NCBI GenBank assembly: GCA_963668025.2
Contig: CAXXTH010000010.1
Location: 1,344,001-1,408,000 of the forward strand
Source: Candidatus Hydrogenedentota bacterium
GTDB taxonomy: Bacteria > Hydrogenedentota > Hydrogenedentia > Hydrogenedentales > SLHB01
Length of the DNA stretch: 64,000 nucleotides
Direction: 5' to 3'
In this document: piece after piece, positions 61,798 to 64,000 of the stretch
Numbering within the stretch: the stretch's first letter is position 1
Layout: each line of letters opens with the position of its first letter
Made by a program: the position numbers and the translations under genes
Notes under the pieces: generated by a model
What the model was told of the DNA's origin: nothing
Databases searched by the model: none
The model's input: the letters and a program-made list of their open reading frames with translations, nothing else

Positions 61798-63999
61798 TTA
61801 TATGAACCTTTTTATTACCTCCAAGAGATTGCTTTGATCGAAGCTGCTTTTAATGATATACGCATTTGCGCCGACATCGATCCCACGCTCGCGGTCTTCA
61901 CGAGATTCGAGCGCGGTCACCAGGATGATAGGCAGTTCTTGGAGATGCTTGTTCGCACGAATTCTGGCTGTGAGTTCAAAACCATTCATGCGGGGCATGT
62001 CCACATCAGATACGACCAGATCGAATTCGCTGTTATGCAATTGGGTGAATCCATCAATACCGTCCGTGGCTGTTGATACTTGGTACCCCGCCGTTTCGAG
62101 TATGTTTTTGAGCAAGGTGCGTGCGGTAATGGAATCTTCCGCCACTAGAATGCGCCCCATTTTGGACTTTTCGGTGATGGCTTGCCGGCCTGGCCCGTGC
62201 TTGATTCCAGACGGGCGCAGAGCGGAACAGAATAAGTCGGATACATTGAGTACGGGCACAACCTTGCCATTGCCGAGTATGGTTGCTCCGGTGATATTGC
62301 GCACACGGTCCAGTTGCTTCCCAAGCCCTTTGACCAGGATCTGCTGCTCTTCGAAAATGGCCTCCACTTGAAATGCAATGCGCCTCCCGCTATAGGTTAT
62401 TATCAGCATGGGTGTGAAGTTTTTCGGGCCTGCCTGGCCCGGCTGGCCAACGGAAGGTGAGTCGTTGTCTTTTGAAGGCATTCCCAATACATCGGCAAGC
62501 TTTACCGCCGGAATCATGCATCCTTCAAATTGTATGGCCTCCCGGTTCTCGATTGTATAAATGTCGTGCGGTGCGGCGCGCAGGACATGTTCCACTCCTT
62601 CCGCGGGCATGACAAATAAATGCCCGCCCGCTTGGATTAGGATGCCTCTGAATGTCGCGAGTGTCACGGGCACTTGCATGTGGAAGGTTGTGCCTGCGCC
62701 AGGCTCGCTCTCGACGCTGATGGCGCCGCCTATTTTCTTTACTTTTTCTTTGACGATGGCCAGCCCTAAGCCGTGCCCGGAAATATCAGTCACGATTGGG
62801 CTTGTGGAGATGCCAGATTGAAAAACCATTTGCCGCATTTCGCTGGAGCCGAGTTTTTCGATATCGTCGTTCGATAGAATACCCATTTTGAGCGTTGCTG
62901 CCCGGACTTGGGCAATATCTATGCCTGCTCCGTCATCAGAAAGGACGATATCGACTTTCCGCCCTTCCCTTACGCTGAATGAAAGAGAGATGGCTCCACG
63001 AACAGGCTTGTTTTTCTGGCGGCGGATTTGAGGTTTCTCAATGCCATGTCCAATGCAGTTCCGCAGGAGGTGGATGAGTGGATCTTTCAGTTCATCGAGT
63101 ATCCGTTTGTCCATCTCGACTTCGGACCCGCGCATATGCAGTTCGGCTTCTTTACCTTCGTCACGCGCCAATTGGCGGATAAACGCGGGAAACGCCTCGG
63201 CGAGAGTCGCCACGGGCAGCATGATAGCGCTTTTCATCGCTTCAAGGTGCTCATCCACCATGTGTTTTAGCGTGTGTTCGTCTTGTTCCATGGCGCGAAC
63301 GAATGAACTCAATTGTTCCTGGAATTCGTGAAAATTATGCTCTGTCATCATGCCATTGTGTTCAGCGCCGTATAATGCGGCTCTGGCCTTATCTGTTTTC
63401 CATGCTGCCAAAGCGCGCTCAAGCATGTGTAATTCGGAGATTCGTTGTGCAGCCGCGTTTTTAGCGGTTATCATCTCTTCCGCCTGCAACAACAGCACAT
63501 CCAGTTTTGCTGTTGGGATTCTCACGGTTTCAATTTGTACAGGATCTTCCTTCGCGGGAGCCGGAGAAATGGGAGGGGGCTCGGCAGGCGGCGCTGCAGC
63601 CGATGGGATTTGCACGAGGCTTTCTTGTGGCGGGCCCGGCTGGGACGCACGAGAGAGTTGGAGTATTAACTCCCTCATCCGCACCCGGTTTTGTGGCGGC
63701 ATTTCTTTGTCTACGTTTGAGACAAGCGTTGTGATGGTATCGGAAGCTTGATGGAATATGTCGCATAATTCCAATGAAAACGCGGTTTCTTTCCGTTTTA
63801 GAAGTGCAAATGCGCCTTCGAGCGCCTTGCAAATGGTTTCGATATCGTTCAGATTCACGGAGCGGGCCGCACCTTTAAGGCTATGCACTTCCCGGAACGC
63901 GGTTTCTATCAATTCCTGGTATTGCTCGTCTTTAGGTGTTTGCTCTAATTCGACTAGGCAGGCCCGAAGGGTGCGGATATGCTCTTCCGCTTCGACGCG
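61798..63999 (-). CDS. cheA: CheA-like hybrid kinase (WspE-like), 5' end outside the window
   Basis: Hpt FREVHSLKGAA, HLLRN..GHGIE, G.GLGL, CheW-like domain and C-terminal REC; frame open to the window edge. Confidence 0.92.
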   Translation of the reverse strand, partial: RVEAEEHIRTLRACLVELEQTPKDEQYQELIETAFREVHSLKGAARSVNLNDIETICKALEGAFALLKRKETAFSLELCDIFHQASDTITTLVSNVDKEMPPQNRVRMRELILQLSRASQPGPPQESLVQIPSAAAPPAEPPPISPAPAKEDPVQIETVRIPTAKLDVLLLQAEEMITAKNAAAQRISELHMLERALAAWKTDKARAALYGAEHNGMMTEHNFHEFQEQLSSFVRAMEQDEHTLKHMVDEHLEAMKSAIMLPVATLAEAFPAFIRQLARDEGKEAELHMRGSEVEMDKRILDELKDPLIHLLRNCIGHGIEKPQIRRQKNKPVRGAISLSFSVREGRKVDIVLSDDGAGIDIAQVRAATLKMGILSNDDIEKLGSSEMRQMVFQSGISTSPIVTDISGHGLGLAIVKEKVKKIGGAISVESEPGAGTTFHMQVPVTLATFRGILIQAGGHLFVMPAEGVEHVLRAAPHDIYTIENREAIQFEGCMIPAVKLADVLGMPSKDNDSPSVGQPGQAGPKNFTPMLIITYSGRRIAFQVEAIFEEQQILVKGLGKQLDRVRNITGATILGNGKVVPVLNVSDLFCSALRPSGIKHGPGRQAITEKSKMGRILVAEDSITARTLLKNILETAGYQVSTATDGIDGFTQLHNSEFDLVVSDVDMPRMNGFELTARIRANKHLQELPIILVTALESREDRERGIDVGANAYIIKSSFDQSNLLEVIKRFI

Positions 64000-64000
64000 A

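Overview
Bacterial chromosomal window of mostly moderately high GC with AT-richer inserts. The lineage cannot be fixed from sequence alone; gene content would fit an anaerobic, polysaccharide-using organism. Housekeeping content: eukaryote-type UDP-GlcNAc pyrophosphorylase, purB with an archaeal-type purO, gyrB-gyrA, a TetR/HlyD/ABC-2 efflux operon, an ECF sigma/anti-sigma pair, a B12 radical SAM enzyme and the end of a Wsp-like chemosensory operon. A co-oriented sugar-acid cluster runs uxuB-like SDR, HAD, pdxB, LarA-family epimerase, PPi-type Pfk, gnd, 2-hydroxyacid dehydrogenase. Accessory content: an ISKra4-family element splitting a GH127/146 gene, an IS186-like element nested in an IS1182/IS5-like element that itself lands in a dispersed REP composite, two HEPN/MNT toxin-antitoxin pairs and a SIR2-domain gene. 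Most notable: (1) a 46-aa Cys/Trp-rich 'MKHIK' peptide missed by the ORF track, coupled to a pyruvate-kinase-fold protein that has lost its nucleotide-site motifs; (2) two cargo cassettes bracketed by a duplicate of the upstream gene's 3' end, with no integrase in the window; (3) a family of 9-10-bp-periodic triple repeats forming nested inverted pairs in intergenic spaces; (4) a candidate mannonate-gluconate-6-phosphogluconate route with no canonical gluconate kinase. No CRISPR array, rRNA or tRNA was recognised.
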